The notes beneath the pieces were generated by a model that was not told the DNA's origin, made no database searches, and saw only the letters and a list, made by a program, of their open reading frames with translations. From Methanobacteriota archaeon (lineage in GTDB: Archaea; Thermoplasmatota; Poseidoniia; MGIII; CG-Epi1), in the NCBI GenBank assembly GCA_029977605.1, contig JAPOKN010000004.1, forward strand, positions 1 to 46,068: a DNA stretch of 46,068 nucleotides. Direction: 5' to 3'. Positions 43,637-46,068 of the stretch are shown here, piece after piece (position 1 is the first letter of the stretch; the number at the start of each line of letters is the position of its first letter). Position numbers and translations under genes: made by a program.

Positions 43637-45950
43637 TTTTTTTAGCCTCCTCTTCGGCATCTAGCAATGTAGGAATTTCGATGAAACTATTTTCTGGCGG
43701 TGGAGATGATGTAGCCCATTCTAATGACCATCCATTCCACGGATTGTCTCCAGCTTCTTTACCATTCCTGTAAGAGTAAAATACGTTATAAACAAAAATT
43801 AGTTGTACTAAGCCGAATAGTATTGCGAAAATACTAATGAATTGGTTTAATTCTGTTAACGATGCGTCATAGGTAGCATATCTTCTTGGCATTCCAGAAA
43901 TTCCTACATTGTGCATCGGATAAAATGCAGCGTTAAAAGTGATGAATGTTGTTGCAAAATGTATAATTCCTAATCTTTCATCCATCATCTTTCCAGTCAT
44001 TTTAGGATACCAATAGTAAACTCCAGCTATGAAAGAAAACATAGTTCCCCCAATCAAGACATAATGGAAGTGTGCTACAACGAAATAAGTGTCGTGGAAA
44101 GCAATATCTAATGGAATAGAAGCCAAAATAATGCCAGTAATTCCTCCAATTGTGAAAGTAATAATAGTACCTAATGAAAACATCATTGGTGTGTTTAGAA
44201 CTACAGATCCACCAGTCATAGTAGCAAGCCAATTGAATATTTTAATTCCAGTAGGTACTGCAACTAACATTGTTGTTAGCATTACAATGAAACGGAATAA
44301 TGGATCAGCACCTGTAGTAAACATGTGGTGACCGTATACTACGAACGAAATTATTCCTATTGTAGCCATTGCATATACCATAGAAGTGTATCCAAAAATT
44401 GGTCTTCTTGAAAATGTAGATATTATTTCAGATAAAACGCCAAAGGCAGGTAAAATAACAATGTAAACTTCCGGATGTCCAAAGTACCAGAATAAGTGCT
44501 GCCACAATATAGGGTCAGAATCTGGACCTGAAAAGTATAAACTTCCAAAAGTACGATCTGCCATCAGTAAAATTAAAGCAACAGTGAATACAGGAATAGA
44601 TAGCAGAAGTAAGAATACAGTTACAAGGATAGACCAAGCGAATAGGGGCATTTTCATTAGAGAAACTCCTGGAGCACGCATTCTCAGCATAGTTACTAGG
44701 AAATTAACTGCTGTAAGTGTTGAAGAAGCTCCCAACATTAGTTGCCCAGCAACCCAGAAATCCGTTCCAGGCCTTGTAGCGGATGCGCCAGAAGAATAAG
44801 GTGCATATCCAGTCCAGCCAACGTCTCCAGCACCTCCAGTGAAATATCCCATGTACAATACAATACCGCCAGTAGGAAGGAGCCAATAACCAAATGAATT
44901 TAGTCTTGGGAATGCTAAATCTCTTGCACCAATTTGAAGAGGAATTAAGTAATTTGCAAAGCCAAAAATGATAGGCATGGCAGCCATGAAAATCATGGTT
45001 GTTCCATGCATTGTAAAGGTAGAGTTATACTCTTGGTATGTTAAGAAATCACCATCCACTCGAGGTTCATATAATTGCCATCTAATCAATAAACCTAAAA
45101 TTCCCCCAATGAAGAACCAGGCAAATCCAGTGACAATGTAAAGCGTTCCAATATATTTGTGATCAGTAGTCGTGAGCCATGGATAAATCCATTTCCAGTA
45201 GCTCTTCATTACCTCTTCGAATGATTCGTCTTGATCGACCATTCTATATCCAACTACTACAACAGCTAAAGTAATGAAAACAATTCCAAATCCGTATACT
45301 ACTTTCTTAGGTCCAGATAATTCGCCATGAGCTCCACCATCTGTAATTTGAGCATTTTTACCAGCAAGAAGGAAGGTTCCTGAATTCCAATAGTCTCCAC
45401 TATTTCCCATACCTCCACTATCTTCGTAAGCATTTCCGTTAACAGAATTTCCGTAAACCATGAATTCTGCAACTACAGAATCGCTATCTGGAGCTGTCCA
45501 ATTGAAACTCCATTCTCTTAAGTTATTTCCATCTCCACTCTGCCCCTCTTCTCCCCCAGTGTGAGTTAGGTAACTACTATCTTCAGGTTTCCATACGTTA
45601 TCATCAATAGGAGTTAAAGTTCCAGTGGAAACTTTCAGCATAAAACCTCCCATATTGGGTCCATTTTCCATTGGTGCAATATCATTTGGTCCGCCGGAAA
45701 TGTTGAGAATTAATGTGTAAGTTTCACCTGCTGTAAAATTAGAAGGTATTGTTAAATTTAGAATAACAGCCGAATTTGGATTATTCATATTTCCGTCGCC
45801 TATATTGTGACAGCTACAGCCATTTGCTTCGACTAATGTGCTTATACTTGGATCAATTCCTCCTGGATTTGTTTCTCCAGTTGGAACTGCAGTTACAGCA
45901 AAAATGATGCTTAATAGTATTCCTAGCCCTATTGCTTTACTTCTAAGCAT
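43629..45950 (-). CDS. coxA: A1-type haem-copper oxidase subunit I with an extra N-terminal secreted domain
   Basis: TTDHK.IG, TMHG, GWTGY.P, WYFGHPEVY (A1), GHHMF, TGIK, AHFHYV, GMPRRY. The first ~250 aa are not COX1. Confidence 0.95.
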   Translation of the reverse strand: MLRSKAIGLGILLSIIFAVTAVPTGETNPGGIDPSISTLVEANGCSCHNIGDGNMNNPNSAVILNLTIPSNFTAGETYTLILNISGGPNDIAPMENGPNMGGFMLKVSTGTLTPIDDNVWKPEDSSYLTHTGGEEGQSGDGNNLREWSFNWTAPDSDSVVAEFMVYGNSVNGNAYEDSGGMGNSGDYWNSGTFLLAGKNAQITDGGAHGELSGPKKVVYGFGIVFITLAVVVVGYRMVDQDESFEEVMKSYWKWIYPWLTTTDHKYIGTLYIVTGFAWFFIGGILGLLIRWQLYEPRVDGDFLTYQEYNSTFTMHGTTMIFMAAMPIIFGFANYLIPLQIGARDLAFPRLNSFGYWLLPTGGIVLYMGYFTGGAGDVGWTGYAPYSSGASATRPGTDFWVAGQLMLGASSTLTAVNFLVTMLRMRAPGVSLMKMPLFAWSILVTVFLLLLSIPVFTVALILLMADRTFGSLYFSGPDSDPILWQHLFWYFGHPEVYIVILPAFGVLSEIISTFSRRPIFGYTSMVYAMATIGIISFVVYGHHMFTTGADPLFRFIVMLTTMLVAVPTGIKIFNWLATMTGGSVVLNTPMMFSLGTIITFTIGGITGIILASIPLDIAFHDTYFVVAHFHYVLIGGTMFSFIAGVYYWYPKMTGKMMDERLGIIHFATTFITFNAAFYPMHNVGISGMPRRYATYDASLTELNQFISIFAILFGLVQLIFVYNVFYSYRNGKEAGDNPWNGWSLEWATSSPPPENSFIEIPTLLDAEEEAKKNE

Positions 45951-46068
45951 TGTTTACCTCAGTTACATATATTTCAGCTAACATTTGAGAGTGGCTATTT
46001 CCACAGTATTCAGTACAGTAAATCCTGTAAGGTTCATCTCTTGCCGATACCATACTGGTGTCAACCCA
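45943..46068 (-). CDS. coxB: Cytochrome c oxidase subunit II, C-terminal fragment (truncated by the window edge)
   Basis: Hand translation WVDTSMVSARDEPYRIYCTEYCGNSHSQMLAEIYVTEVNNA* carries the CuA motif CxExCGxxHxxM; overlaps the coxA start by 8 nt. Confidence 0.92.
   Translation of the reverse strand, partial: WVDTSMVSARDEPYRIYCTEYCGNSHSQMLAEIYVTEVNNA

Noticed and set aside
45807-45818. Canonical c-type haem motif in the CoxI extension
   Set aside because: The sequence is CSCH (CxCH), not CxxCH, so it is not called a cytochrome c.

Overview
A gene-dense, AT-rich (roughly 35% GC by eye) archaeal chromosomal segment. TBP, aIF5A, an archaeosortase and TATA-type promoters mark it as archaeal. 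The aerobic heterotroph gene set (A1-type haem-copper oxidase, PhhA, ThyA/FolA, CocE/NonD peptidase) and giant acidic surface proteins suggest marine Thermoplasmatota (Marine Group II/III); this is inference, not a database result. I see two tRNAs (Arg-UCU, Leu-CAA), about 40 CDS, and no mobile element or CRISPR. The main signal is a compact protein lipid-anchoring system. One ORF fuses archaeosortase A to a phosphatidyl/archaetidylserine decarboxylase (21104-22762) and is followed by a PssA-type synthase. Three secreted proteins in the window (2374 aa, 2200 aa and a cyclophilin) end in a divergent P-S-[F/I] + TM + RR sorting signal. Other unusual architectures are: a SCO lipoprotein split by an EGF-like module and a thioredoxin domain resembling the neighbouring gene; a cytochrome oxidase subunit I with an extra secreted N-terminal CxCH domain; a type-1 copper site inside the 2374-aa surface protein; and two small ORFs missing from the ORF track.
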